Source: Nitrosopumilus sp. (GTDB lineage: Archaea > Thermoproteota > Nitrososphaeria > Nitrososphaerales > Nitrosopumilaceae). From it: a stretch of 64,000 nt of DNA. A program made the position numbers and the translations under genes. Of the stretch, positions 29,911-39,818 are shown piece after piece. The stretch spans positions 448,001 through 512,000 of the forward strand of contig OY763927.2 of the NCBI GenBank assembly GCA_963667665.2, read 5' to 3'. How positions within the stretch are numbered: position 1 is the stretch's first letter; every line of letters starts with the position of its first letter. A model generated the notes under the pieces. That model was not told where the DNA came from. It worked only from the letters and a program-made list of their open reading frames with translations, and made no database searches.

Positions 29911-29934
29911 ATATCACTAAGATGCAACAGAACC
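29911..29934 (-). repeat. Right terminal inverted repeat of the IS6 element
   Basis: ATATCACTAAGATGCAACAGAACC. Confidence 0.92.
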
Positions 29935-30705
29935 AAAATTAGAAATGAATTAATCAATTTTGGTCTTACCAAAAGTCAGGCAAAGGTATTCATCTATCTT
30001 GGAAAGTATGGATCGAAGACAGCATCTGAGATAGCAAAAGCATTACAATTGCCTAGAACTGAGACCTACCATCTAGTCAATTCACTTCAAAACATTGGTT
30101 TGGTTTTGGCAGAACTGGCACATCCAACCAAATACACTGCCAAGGATATGAAAGAGGCAATTTCTACACTGGTAAAACAAGAGCAAGAAAGGATTGACAA
30201 TCTAGCTACAAAGGAATCATCTCTTAGTGAAATGTGGAACCAGGTTCCATTTTTTGCCGTAGAAACTGATGAATCAAAATCTGAGAAAATGCAGTTGTTA
30301 CATGGGACTGGTCCAATTATAAATAAAATCAAGGATATGATACATTCTAGCACTGAAGATTTCAGAGTTTATGGAAGCATTTCAGATTTGCAGAGAATGT
30401 ACCATTCAGAAGTATTTGATTGGGTTGATGGTTCTCCAACAAATCTCAAAATGATAGTTTCACCATTAAACAATACCCCCGAATTTCTATCTGAACTAAA
30501 TTCAAATAAAATTAAAGCAATTCCATCAAATACTGAAAACAAGTGTTTCATTGTAAATGACGCAAAAGAGGTTCTCATCTTTATGTGCAATGCGACACAT
30601 CACTCAAGACAGACTTTTGCATGGTGGTCAGACTCTGAAACACTAGTAGATATGATGACTTCCCTATTTGACCTATCTTGGGAAAAAGGAGAGACTCTAT
30701 ATTGA
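29935..30705 (+). pseudogene. TrmB-family regulator, 5'-truncated by the IS6 element
   Basis: Frame reads KIRNELINFGLTKSQAKVFIYLGKYGSKTASEIAKALQLPRTETYHL directly from the TIR, with no ATG/GTG/TTG before the HTH. Confidence 0.85.
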
Positions 30706-30875
30706 ATAGTCAAGTTTTAGTCCTCCAATGTCTACAACAAGAGGTCTCTTTTTTGGCTCAACATTCCATTGATGAAGGCCGAGAACATCTTATTGATCTA
30801 GAGATTGAACACCTAATCAAAATGACAAATGATGTTGTCATGAAGATCAAACAACAAACAAGGGAGTTGTCATAA
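30702..30875 (+). CDS. Small helical protein coupled to TrmB
   Basis: TTGA overlap with the trmB stop; paralogue of 14575-14769. Confidence 0.75.
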   Translation: MNSQVLVLQCLQQEVSFLAQHSIDEGREHLIDLEIEHLIKMTNDVVMKIKQQTRELS

Positions 30876-31039
30876 TGGACGTATGTGATACTAGACACGA
30901 TCCAAAATATCAAGTTAAATATTATTCTGCTAAAGGTAGTAACTACAATCCTTTATGGTTAGTATGTGATTCATGTATGGAAAATAAACGATGCTTTAGT
31001 GATAAAGAACAAATAGTATCAATAGAGGCATTGGTATGA
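30875..31039 (+). CDS. Cys/His-finger microprotein (54 aa)
   Basis: Not in track. TAATG overlap; MDVCDTRHDPKYQVKYYSAKGSNYNPLWLVCDSCMENKRCFSDKEQIVSIEALV; paralogue of 14766-15026. Confidence 0.8.
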   Translation: MDVCDTRHDPKYQVKYYSAKGSNYNPLWLVCDSCMENKRCFSDKEQIVSIEALV

Positions 31040-31184
31040 AGTTCTGTAAAACTGCTCTAAATCATTTAATTTTGGAAAAAATGATTGTTGTTCAATTGAT
31101 TACTATTTAGAGAATCTACAATTCAGACTAGCAGAATGCTTTAGAAATGATACTAGTCATACCCAAATTCTCTCATACACATGA
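31036..31184 (+). pseudogene. TRASH-like Zn-finger microprotein with 1-nt frameshift
   Basis: ATGA overlap. Restoring one A in TGTAAAACTGC gives MKFCKNCSKSFNFGKNDCCSIDYYLENLQFRLAECFRNDTSHTQILSYT, a paralogue of 33290-33445. Confidence 0.7.
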
Positions 31185-31373
31185 ATAAAATCTTCTTCAG
31201 GTTTTAATCTTAGATTAAAGCATTTGATTTTGATATCTGATGATTGGGTTATGTCATATTTGTCTTAGATCTGGTGTTGAACTAGTAATTTCAAAAGAAG
31301 AAATAATTTGTAAATATTGTTATGATAAAAACAATGCAAAAAACTAAATCTGTTATATTTAGAACAAAGAGAA

Positions 31374-32243
31374 ATGAAATTAGCAGTTTTTGCTCATTGT
31401 GCAATTGATACTATAACAATTGATAATCATAATTATGAACAAATTGGTGGTTCTGCCTGTTATTGTGGTATTACTGCGAGACAGTTCAAATTCGATGTAG
31501 ATTTATTTACAAAATTTGGACCTGATTTTCCAAAACAATATCTCACTGAAAATAAAATAAATTTTATAAATGCTGAATCAGAAAAAAAAACTACTAAATT
31601 TGCTATTTCTGTAAATGGTTCTGATAGAATTCTTACACTTGAAAATGAATGTGATCCAATAGATTATTCTAGTGTTGATGCTGATGGACATATTGTAAGT
31701 CCCATATATCATGAAATTTCTAATGATACTTTGAAAAAAATCAAAAGCAATTCTAATTTTCTTTTAGTTGACCCTCAGGGTTTTATGAGAAAAAAAGATT
31801 CTCAAAATAATATTATTTTAGAAAATACTAATCTTGATTTATCAAATGTTAATGCAATAAAGGTAAACCCTGAAGAAGCACAACACATTGTTAATGGCAC
31901 TAATGATGAAATAATGTTGGCATTGCAGAAAAAGGGAATTGAATACGTATTACTGACAAATAAAACTGATGTATCACTTTTGGTAAAAGACAAAATTTAT
32001 TCTATTACTCTTCCAAATAAGCAAATTTATGATACCACGGGAATTGGAGATATTTTTTGTTCAGCGTTTTGTTGTACTATGCTTAAAGAAAAGGACTTTT
32101 TATGGGCACTTTGTTTTGCCGGTGGTGCAGCACAAGCTGCACTTGAATCAAAGAATGTAGGCTTGCAAAAAATTCCTAAAAAGGGTGTTATTCAGACAAA
32201 TGCTTCTTATTTTTACAATTTGTTAAAATTCAGAGATTTGTAA
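31374..32243 (+). CDS. PfkB/ribokinase-family carbohydrate kinase
   Basis: IGGSACY, VDPQG, KVNPEEA and DTTGIGDIF motifs. Confidence 0.88.
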   Translation: MKLAVFAHCAIDTITIDNHNYEQIGGSACYCGITARQFKFDVDLFTKFGPDFPKQYLTENKINFINAESEKKTTKFAISVNGSDRILTLENECDPIDYSSVDADGHIVSPIYHEISNDTLKKIKSNSNFLLVDPQGFMRKKDSQNNIILENTNLDLSNVNAIKVNPEEAQHIVNGTNDEIMLALQKKGIEYVLLTNKTDVSLLVKDKIYSITLPNKQIYDTTGIGDIFCSAFCCTMLKEKDFLWALCFAGGAAQAALESKNVGLQKIPKKGVIQTNASYFYNLLKFRDL

Positions 32244-32283
32244 TACGTTATTTTTTTATTGTACTGAATAGTTTGTTTCATCT

Positions 32284-33282
32284 GTGCAAATAGGAATTTA
32301 TGGTTCTGAAACGACAGGAACTGCAGCAAAGACAATTAAAAAAATTCTAGAGGAATCTGGAATCAAAACCTTCACAATTACAAAATCAAATGGTACACAA
32401 GCTGATTGTATTATTGTTTTAGGAGGAGATAAGGGAGTTAGAAATTATTTTCATAGAACTATTGATACTGTTTCACCTGTATTGGGAATTAGTGAAGGTG
32501 AGGCTAGTGGATTTTTAGCTCAAATTGATCTTCGAGAATTCTCTTCATATGTTAATATCTTAAAAAAACAAAAATACACTATTGAAGAAGTTCCTAGACT
32601 TGGTGTAAAAATTGATAAAAAAAATGTCTATCCTGTTCTTAATGATGTTGCTGTATTTTCCTCAAAGAGTGCTATACTGATGGAACACACATTACGAGTT
32701 AATGGTGAAGAAGTTTGGCACGATAACAGTGATGGAATAATCATATCTACCCCAATTGGGTCATCTGCATATTCCATGTCTGCTGGTGGGCCTGTTTTGT
32801 TTCAAGATTCAGCAGTATTTGAAATAATTTCTGTAAATTCACTTGATGTTACTCGTAGACCAATTATTGTATCCAATGAAAGCACAATTGAGATTGATGA
32901 TATCTATGCAAGATTACATTGTGAAGTTGTTCTTGATGGTTTGGAAAGATACAAGGTAAACAAAATTGTTGAATGCACTAAATTTCTTCCCTCCGCTAAA
33001 ATTATACGACTCAAAAAAGATTTTACTGCAATTTCTGCTCTTGCAAAAAAAGTGCATCTCGCTGAAGAATTACTTAGTATGCCTCCAAGCTCTAAATTAC
33101 TTTTAAAAACATTAGAGTATGAAGGAGCATTAACACAAAAAGATCTTGTAAATAAAACATTACTTCCTGCTAGAACTGTTAGATTGGCATTAAGTCATCT
33201 ATTGAAAAAGGGTTATGTCAAAAAGAAAGTCTCTATTAGAGATGCTAGACAAAAAATCTATGAAATATCAAAAATAAAATAA
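32284..33282 (+). CDS. NAD kinase-like protein with C-terminal MarR-type wHTH
   Basis: LGGDKG, LNDV and DGIIISTPIGSSAYSMSAGGP, then LTQKDLVNKTLLPARTVRLALSHL..DARQKIY. Confidence 0.88.
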   Translation: MQIGIYGSETTGTAAKTIKKILEESGIKTFTITKSNGTQADCIIVLGGDKGVRNYFHRTIDTVSPVLGISEGEASGFLAQIDLREFSSYVNILKKQKYTIEEVPRLGVKIDKKNVYPVLNDVAVFSSKSAILMEHTLRVNGEEVWHDNSDGIIISTPIGSSAYSMSAGGPVLFQDSAVFEIISVNSLDVTRRPIIVSNESTIEIDDIYARLHCEVVLDGLERYKVNKIVECTKFLPSAKIIRLKKDFTAISALAKKVHLAEELLSMPPSSKLLLKTLEYEGALTQKDLVNKTLLPARTVRLALSHLLKKGYVKKKVSIRDARQKIYEISKIK

Positions 33283-33289
33283 TTTTTTT

Positions 33290-33445
33290 TTAAGAACTGT
33301 TCTTGATAATTTTATTTGTATGTGATGTGTCATTTTCTGTTATTTCGTTAATTCTTTTTTGAATATTTTTTTTAAAACATTTCTCAGAGCAAAAATCTTT
33401 AATTCCTGTCTCAAATTCACTATTACACTCATTACATTTTGCCAA
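33290..33445 (-). CDS. TRASH-like Zn-finger microprotein (51 aa)
   Basis: Not in track. TTG start, MAKCNECNSEFETGIKDFCSEKCFKKNIQKRINEITENDTSHTNKIIKNSS. Confidence 0.75.
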   Translation of the reverse strand: MAKCNECNSEFETGIKDFCSEKCFKKNIQKRINEITENDTSHTNKIIKNSS

Positions 33446-33535
33446 TTTTTCTTCCTGTTGTCCATGGACTAAATTGTATCTTATTTAGACGAACGCCCAA
33501 AGTTCCATTTTTGGGATTTTTGTCATCTGAAATGA

Positions 33536-35137
33536 TTACTTTTCTGAGGCTGCTTTGATAAATGCAGTAAATGATTCTTCAGGAAATCCTGGTCTACTGT
33601 TAAATTCTGGGTGAAATTGAACTCCTAGATAGAATTTGTGTGATGGGATTTCAAGCATTTCCATTCTTTTTCCTCCATCACTTTCAGCTGAAAATATCAA
33701 TCCATTTTTTTCAAATTCAGGAATATACTCTTTGTTGATTTCATATCTATGTCTATGGCGTTTACTGATAGTTATTGAGTTGTAAATTTTTTGTGCATTT
33801 GTATTCTCTTTTATTGTTATTTGATTTGCACCTAATCTGAGCGAACCACCCATATCTGAAACATCCTTTTGTTCTGGAAGTAAATCTACCACAGGATTTT
33901 TTACATCAGCTTTAATCTCAGCTGAATTTGCATCGTCTAAATTCAAAACATTTCTTCCAAATGCAATTGCTGCTAACTGAAACCCAAAACATATTCCAAG
34001 ATATGGTATATTTTTCTCACGTGCATAATTTGCAGTTTGAATAATTCCTTCAGAACCTCTAGTACCAAATCCTCCCGGGACTAAAATTCCATCATAGTTT
34101 GATAGTTTACTATAGTCTGTTATTGATTCAGAATCTATCCAGTCAACATCTATTGATTTTCCTATTTGTGCACCTGCGTGTTTTAATGCGTGATTTACAC
34201 TTACATAACTATCAGTCAGTGTAACATATTTTCCAACCATTGCAATCTTTACTTTTTGATCTTCGTGATTAATCATGTTATTTGCAATCTCATTCCATTT
34301 ATCCCAATTAGCTGAAGCATTTACCATTCCAACTTTTCCAAACTTTGTAAATATTGAATCCATTATTCCTTGATCATACAGAATTTGTGGAACTTCAAAA
34401 ATTGATTTTGCATCGTGACATGATAAAACGTCTTTTGTTGAAACATTTGTAAACATTCCAATTTTTTTCTTTGTTTTTTCTTCTAATGGCAATGTACATC
34501 TAACTGCCAAAAAGTCTGGTTGTATTCCTATTCTTCTTAGTTCTTGGACGCTATGTTGAGTTGGTTTAGTCTTTTGCTCTCCAACTACATCAAGTGATGG
34601 TGCTAATGTTACATGAACAAAGATTACCCCTTGTGGCCCTTCTTCTACTCTTATCTGCCTGAGTGCCTCTAAAAATGGCAATGATTCTATATCTCCAACT
34701 GTTCCTCCACATTCTACTATCAAAAAATCTAGTTTTTCATCGTCTGAAATCTTTCTAATTCTTTTTTTAATCTCATCAGTAACATGTGGAATTATCTGAA
34801 CACATGCTCCAAGATATTCTCCCTTTCTTTCTGCTTCAATTACTGAAGAATATACTTGAGCAGTTGTAATGTTGTGGCTTTTTGGAATATCTTGGTTTAG
34901 GAATCTTTCATAGTTTCCAATATCCATGTCACATTCCCCTCCATCTTCTGTTACAAAGACTTCACCATGTGCAATTGGATTCATAGTTCCTGCATCAAAG
35001 TTCAGATAAGGATCTATTTTGACGCAAGAGACTTTTTGATCAGATAATTGTAATAATTTTGCAATCGAGGAAGTTGTTACACCTTTTCCAAGGCCAGACA
35101 TCACACCACCTGTGACAAAAATATACTTCGCCTGCAC
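33536..35137 (-). CDS. pyrG: CTP synthase
   Basis: GGVMSGLGKG, KTKPTQHSV, GICFGFQ and QFHPEF motifs. Confidence 0.98.
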   Translation of the reverse strand: MQAKYIFVTGGVMSGLGKGVTTSSIAKLLQLSDQKVSCVKIDPYLNFDAGTMNPIAHGEVFVTEDGGECDMDIGNYERFLNQDIPKSHNITTAQVYSSVIEAERKGEYLGACVQIIPHVTDEIKKRIRKISDDEKLDFLIVECGGTVGDIESLPFLEALRQIRVEEGPQGVIFVHVTLAPSLDVVGEQKTKPTQHSVQELRRIGIQPDFLAVRCTLPLEEKTKKKIGMFTNVSTKDVLSCHDAKSIFEVPQILYDQGIMDSIFTKFGKVGMVNASANWDKWNEIANNMINHEDQKVKIAMVGKYVTLTDSYVSVNHALKHAGAQIGKSIDVDWIDSESITDYSKLSNYDGILVPGGFGTRGSEGIIQTANYAREKNIPYLGICFGFQLAAIAFGRNVLNLDDANSAEIKADVKNPVVDLLPEQKDVSDMGGSLRLGANQITIKENTNAQKIYNSITISKRHRHRYEINKEYIPEFEKNGLIFSAESDGGKRMEMLEIPSHKFYLGVQFHPEFNSRPGFPEESFTAFIKAASEK

Positions 35138-35443
35138 ATTAATGAAACAAGTATCTGTCTTTTGTATGTTTTGTCTGTTATTGCTTGAAATTGAGGACCA
35201 ATAGACTATTCAAATTCTTTACATTTTAGATTTTCATTAATTTAGATTATCGCGATCTTTACAAATGTAAAAAAATCTTGTGTATTTTTAACAGGTTTTA
35301 GAGATTTTTGACGATATTATTTTATTTTTCATTGTGTTTTGTATTATGAGAACCTCTAGTATGGTGGTCATCCCTGAAATAGAACTTCCCCTCCATGGCA
35401 GTTATTATGCATGACCCCATTCTATGACGTTGGTTAGTATATT

Positions 35444-36244
35444 CTAAAGAATTGTTTGTTTCTTTAGACTTTTTGTAAATGTTGCAATTTTAGTTTCTAG
35501 TTTGTTTTGTGGAGTTTTTTCAATTAATTTCAAATATGCACTACCTACAATTACTGCATCTGCTCCTACTTTGATGTACTTTTTTACATCATTGGGAGTT
35601 GAAATTCCAAATCCTACACCGACAGGAATTTTCCCATTGGTTTGTTTTTTAATATCTTTGATTGCTTTTATTGTATAATTTTTAATTCCTGTTTTAACTC
35701 CAGTTGTACCATAAACTGCAACAAGATACAAGAATCCTGTTGATATTTTTGAAATCTTTTGTATTCTTGTCTTGTTAGTATTTGGAGACACTAAAAAAAT
35801 TGTATCTGCATTATTTTTGGCAGATTTGATATATTCTTTTGATTCTTCAATTGACATATCCGGAAGAATGAATCCATCTATTCCAGCTTTCCTTGCTTTT
35901 GAAATAAATTTTGCATATCCCATATTATACAAGATGTTGGTGTAAGTCATTAGTACTAGCGGGATATCTGTCTCTTTTCTAATTTTTTTTACAATGTTGA
36001 AAAACTTGTTAATTTTTGTACCTTTTTTGAGTGAGATTGTACTTGCATTTTGAATTACTGGTCCATCAGCTATCGGATCTGAAAATGGAAAACCTAATTC
36101 TATAATGTCTGCTCCTCCTTTTACTAGTCCTCTTACAGCTGAAATAGTTGCTTTTTCATTTGGGAATCCTACCATGAGGTATGAGATCAGGGCTTTCTGA
36201 TTTTTAGCCTCCAATTCGGCAAATTTTTCTTTAATCCTTGACAT
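35444..36244 (-). CDS. trpA: Tryptophan synthase alpha chain
   Basis: [18 protein letters not shown] and VGFGIS motifs. Confidence 0.97.
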   Translation of the reverse strand: MSRIKEKFAELEAKNQKALISYLMVGFPNEKATISAVRGLVKGGADIIELGFPFSDPIADGPVIQNASTISLKKGTKINKFFNIVKKIRKETDIPLVLMTYTNILYNMGYAKFISKARKAGIDGFILPDMSIEESKEYIKSAKNNADTIFLVSPNTNKTRIQKISKISTGFLYLVAVYGTTGVKTGIKNYTIKAIKDIKKQTNGKIPVGVGFGISTPNDVKKYIKVGADAVIVGSAYLKLIEKTPQNKLETKIATFTKSLKKQTIL

Positions 36245-37418
36245 TTCTCTTTAAATAATTTTGTACTTCTTCAACATCTTTGTCTCCTCTTCCAGAAAGT
36301 GTTACAACTATTGATTCTGATTTCTTTCCTTTTCGCGCCACTTTGATTGCTTCAGCTATTGCATGAGCTGATTCAAGTGCTGGAATAATTCCTTCAGTTT
36401 TAGTTAGCATTAGGAATGCATCAATTACTTCCGAATCAGTGGCTGAATGATATTTTATTCGTTTAGTGTCTTTATAGTATGAGTGCTCTGGTCCAACACC
36501 TGGATAGTCAAGTCCTGCTGAAATACTATGAGTCTCTGTAATTTGTCCCTCGTCATCTTGAAGTAAATATGTCATCATACCATGTAACACTCCTTTAGTT
36601 CCAGCTGACAATGTTGCTGAATGCAATTTTGATTTTAATCCTTTTCCTGCAGCCTCTACTCCAATCATTTCTGCATTGGAATCTACTAAAGGATAGAATG
36701 TACCAATTGCATTTGATCCTCCCCCAACACATGCTATCACACTATCTGGTGTTTTGTTAATTTTTTTCATTTGTGATTTAATTTCATTTCCAATTACACT
36801 TTGAAAATCTCTAACCATTACTGGATATGGATGTGGACCAACTGCTGATCCTAACAGATAGTATGTTGTCTCTACATTAGTAATCCAATCACGAATTGCT
36901 TCATTAATTGCATCTTTTAGTGTCTTTGAACCAGAATTTACTGGATAAACTTTGCAACCAAGCAAATCCATTCTAAATACATTTAGCTTTTGACGAATTG
37001 TATCTTTATACCCCATGTATACTTCGGCTCTCATTCCTAATGCAGCGCATGCCATTGCAGTAGCTACGCCGTGCTGCCCTGCACCTGTTTCTGCAATGAT
37101 TCTTTTCTTCTTCATCTTCTTTGCAAGAAGGGCTTGACCTAGTGTATTGTTGATTTTGTGTGCTCCCCCATGTAGCAAATCTTCTCGTTTTAGATAGATT
37201 TTAGCACCACCTAGTTTTTCTGACAAATTTTTAGCATAGTATAATGGAGTTGGTCTTCCTGCATACACTTTGAGATAGTAATCTAATTCTTTTTTGAAAT
37301 TTTTATCATCTTTAAATTTAAGATAGTTCTCTTCTAATTCTTCAATTGCCGGAACTAGTGTTTCTGGAATATATTTTCCACCAAATTCTCCAAATCGACC
37401 ATTCTTAGGATATTTCAA
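36231..37418 (-). CDS. trpB: Tryptophan synthase beta chain
   Basis: [25 protein letters not shown] and [13 protein letters not shown] motifs. Confidence 0.98.
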   Translation of the reverse strand: MKYPKNGRFGEFGGKYIPETLVPAIEELEENYLKFKDDKNFKKELDYYLKVYAGRPTPLYYAKNLSEKLGGAKIYLKREDLLHGGAHKINNTLGQALLAKKMKKKRIIAETGAGQHGVATAMACAALGMRAEVYMGYKDTIRQKLNVFRMDLLGCKVYPVNSGSKTLKDAINEAIRDWITNVETTYYLLGSAVGPHPYPVMVRDFQSVIGNEIKSQMKKINKTPDSVIACVGGGSNAIGTFYPLVDSNAEMIGVEAAGKGLKSKLHSATLSAGTKGVLHGMMTYLLQDDEGQITETHSISAGLDYPGVGPEHSYYKDTKRIKYHSATDSEVIDAFLMLTKTEGIIPALESAHAIAEAIKVARKGKKSESIVVTLSGRGDKDVEEVQNYLKRNVKD

Positions 37419-38194
37419 TATGCACTCACCAATTTTCTGACTTGCTCTTCGATATTATCGCTTTTCATAATACTTGATCCTATTAGAAAAGCATCTGCAC
37501 CACACTTTTTTAAATATTGAATATCATCTGCAGTTTCAATTCCACTCTCTGATAATATTAGCCTTGATTTTTCATATCCTTCAAGAACTGTCTCAGTAGT
37601 TTTTAAATTAATTTCCAACGTGTCCAAATTCCTGTTGTTAATTCCAATAAGATCAGCTTTTGTCATTAATGCATTTTCAAATTCTTGTTTTGTATGAACT
37701 TCAAGGAGAATTTTTAATTCTTTTTTATGGGCATACTCAATAAATTCATCAATATTTTTGAGAAATCCTTGATCAAACAAAGACTGAATCAATAATATGT
37801 AGTCTGCACCTATTTTTTCTGCCGCATCAATCTGAATATTTTCAATCATAATATCTTTCATCAATAATGGAACATTAACTGCTTCTCTTACTTTCATGAA
37901 ATATTCTGGAGAACCATGAAACAGATTTGGCTGAGTAAGAACTGATAATGCTTTTGAGCCTCCTGCAATCATTTGTTTTGCTATGCTTGCAGGATCTGTT
38001 AGAGTTCTAATTTTTCCTAAGGATGGTGATGCAAATTTTATCTCAGTTAGAAGTGTTGGGTGAGAATTAGTCTTTATAATCTGAATTAGGTCTTTATTTG
38101 ATTTTTCCAGATTTGTATCAATATCGTATGTTCCATCATCAATTGCTGTTTGAGAATTAGTAACTAATCTTTTTAAAATATTTTCAGCCATCAT
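37415..38194 (-). CDS. trpC: Indole-3-glycerol phosphate synthase
   Basis: [23 protein letters not shown] and SESGI motifs. Confidence 0.96.
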   Translation of the reverse strand: MMAENILKRLVTNSQTAIDDGTYDIDTNLEKSNKDLIQIIKTNSHPTLLTEIKFASPSLGKIRTLTDPASIAKQMIAGGSKALSVLTQPNLFHGSPEYFMKVREAVNVPLLMKDIMIENIQIDAAEKIGADYILLIQSLFDQGFLKNIDEFIEYAHKKELKILLEVHTKQEFENALMTKADLIGINNRNLDTLEINLKTTETVLEGYEKSRLILSESGIETADDIQYLKKCGADAFLIGSSIMKSDNIEEQVRKLVSAY

Positions 38195-39231
38195 ACTATC
38201 TCCTTTAATTTTGAAATATTTCCAGTATCTGCCACAAAGTTCTCCAAAGTCTTGAATGCTTTTCCATCTTTAATTGTGTTTAGTGCAAGCTCTACTCCTT
38301 CTTCAAAATTATTTATAACGTTTGCAATAATTAATCCACCAGCTGCATTTAGTGCTGTGGTTTCAATCATTGCCTGATTTGCAGTGTTATTTAGAACTCC
38401 AACAAAAGATTTGATTGCTTCTTCTTTTGTTTTAATTTGAATATCTTTTAGTGATGATTTGTGCAATCCTACAACTTCGGGATCAATTGCATTCATCAAA
38501 ACTTTGTCTTTTCTTAAAATACATACACGATTAATTGCACTAGTAGAGAATTCATCCATTCCGTCATCTGATCGTACAGTCATTATATTTTCTCCACCTT
38601 TTCTTTTTAGGATTGCAGGTAATCTATCAAGGAATTCAATTGCAAATACTCCAATTAGTTGATTTTTAACTCCAGCTGGATTTGATAATGGACCTAAAAG
38701 ATTGAATGCAGTTCTTTTTGCTAGTTGTTTTCTAGCTGGACTAACATATTTCATTGCTGGATGAAACTTTTGTGCAAACATAAAACAAATTTTATGTTTT
38801 TCTAGAGTTTGTACAATTTGTGATGGTTCTTGATTTAGATCATATCCAAAATACTCAAAAATATCTGCACTTCCAGATACTCCAGAACTTGAACGGTTTC
38901 CATGTTTTGCAACTATTCCTCCAGCAGCAGCTACTACAAATGATGCAGTAGTTGATACATTGAAGGTTTGAAGCTTGTCGCCCCCAGTACCACACATATC
39001 AATAATGCTTCCAGCATTTTTAGGCTCAATTTTTAGAGATAACTCTTGCATTTTATCAAGCATTCCTAATAGTTCATCATCTGTTTCTCCTTTCTCTGCT
39101 AGATGGGATAGAAAATCAGAGTTCTCTTGAATATCTGTATTTCCCGAAAGAATGTCTGTCATTACATTGTTTATCTCATCATATGTCAAATCTGTCTTTT
39201 CTTGTAATTTTTTAATTAAATCTGAAATCAT
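38191..39231 (-). CDS. trpD: Anthranilate phosphoribosyltransferase
   Basis: CGTGGD, FNVST, KHGNRSSS and FNLLGPLSNP motifs. Confidence 0.97.
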   Translation of the reverse strand: MISDLIKKLQEKTDLTYDEINNVMTDILSGNTDIQENSDFLSHLAEKGETDDELLGMLDKMQELSLKIEPKNAGSIIDMCGTGGDKLQTFNVSTTASFVVAAAGGIVAKHGNRSSSGVSGSADIFEYFGYDLNQEPSQIVQTLEKHKICFMFAQKFHPAMKYVSPARKQLAKRTAFNLLGPLSNPAGVKNQLIGVFAIEFLDRLPAILKRKGGENIMTVRSDDGMDEFSTSAINRVCILRKDKVLMNAIDPEVVGLHKSSLKDIQIKTKEEAIKSFVGVLNNTANQAMIETTALNAAGGLIIANVINNFEEGVELALNTIKDGKAFKTLENFVADTGNISKLKEIV

Positions 39232-39818
39232 TTTTCTTTCACCTGTCTAATGAAATTTCCTAGAATTTTTTTACCCTCTTCAGTCATTATTGATTCTGGA
39301 TGAAACTGCACTCCTTCAATTAGATATTCTTTATGTTTTATTGCCATGATTTCACCATCGTCAGCTGCAGTAGCAGTTACTTCTAGTATGTCTGGGATTA
39401 TTGTTTTATCACCTACCAGACTATGATATCTTGTAGCTCTAAATGGATTCTTTACATCTTTGAATAACTCTGAATTATTATGATCAACTGGACTTGTCTT
39501 TCCATGTCTTACACATCCAGCGTTTGTAACTTTGCCTCCAAATGCATGAATGATTCCTTGATGTCCAAGACAAACTCCCAGAATTGGTGTAGTTGGTCCC
39601 ATGTTACTAATCACATCTGAGCATATTCCAAAGTATTTTTCTTCTTCAGGAGTTCCTGGACCCGGAGAAATTATTATTGCATCATAATTTTTCTCTTTAA
39701 TTTCATCTAACGTGATTTTGTCATTTCTAATAACATCTGATTCCACTCCTAGTTCTCCAAGGTATTGTGCAATGTTATACACAAATGAATCGTAATTATC
39801 AATGATTAGAAATTTCAT
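39228..39818 (-). CDS. trpG: Anthranilate synthase component II
   Basis: IDNYDSF, SPGPG, GVCLGHQ, RYHSL and QFHPES motifs. Confidence 0.96.
   Translation of the reverse strand: MKFLIIDNYDSFVYNIAQYLGELGVESDVIRNDKITLDEIKEKNYDAIIISPGPGTPEEEKYFGICSDVISNMGPTTPILGVCLGHQGIIHAFGGKVTNAGCVRHGKTSPVDHNNSELFKDVKNPFRATRYHSLVGDKTIIPDILEVTATAADDGEIMAIKHKEYLIEGVQFHPESIMTEEGKKILGNFIRQVKEK

Larger units (their letters stand above)
26894..29934. mobile_element. IS6-family transposon with passenger genes (3041 bp)
   Basis: Perfect 24-bp TIRs GGTTCTGTTGCATCTTAGTGATAT (26894-26917) and its reverse complement (29911-29934), with a GGTTCTGTTGCA end typical of IS6. Encloses a DDE transposase and cargo; no flanking direct repeat seen. 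Confidence 0.92.
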
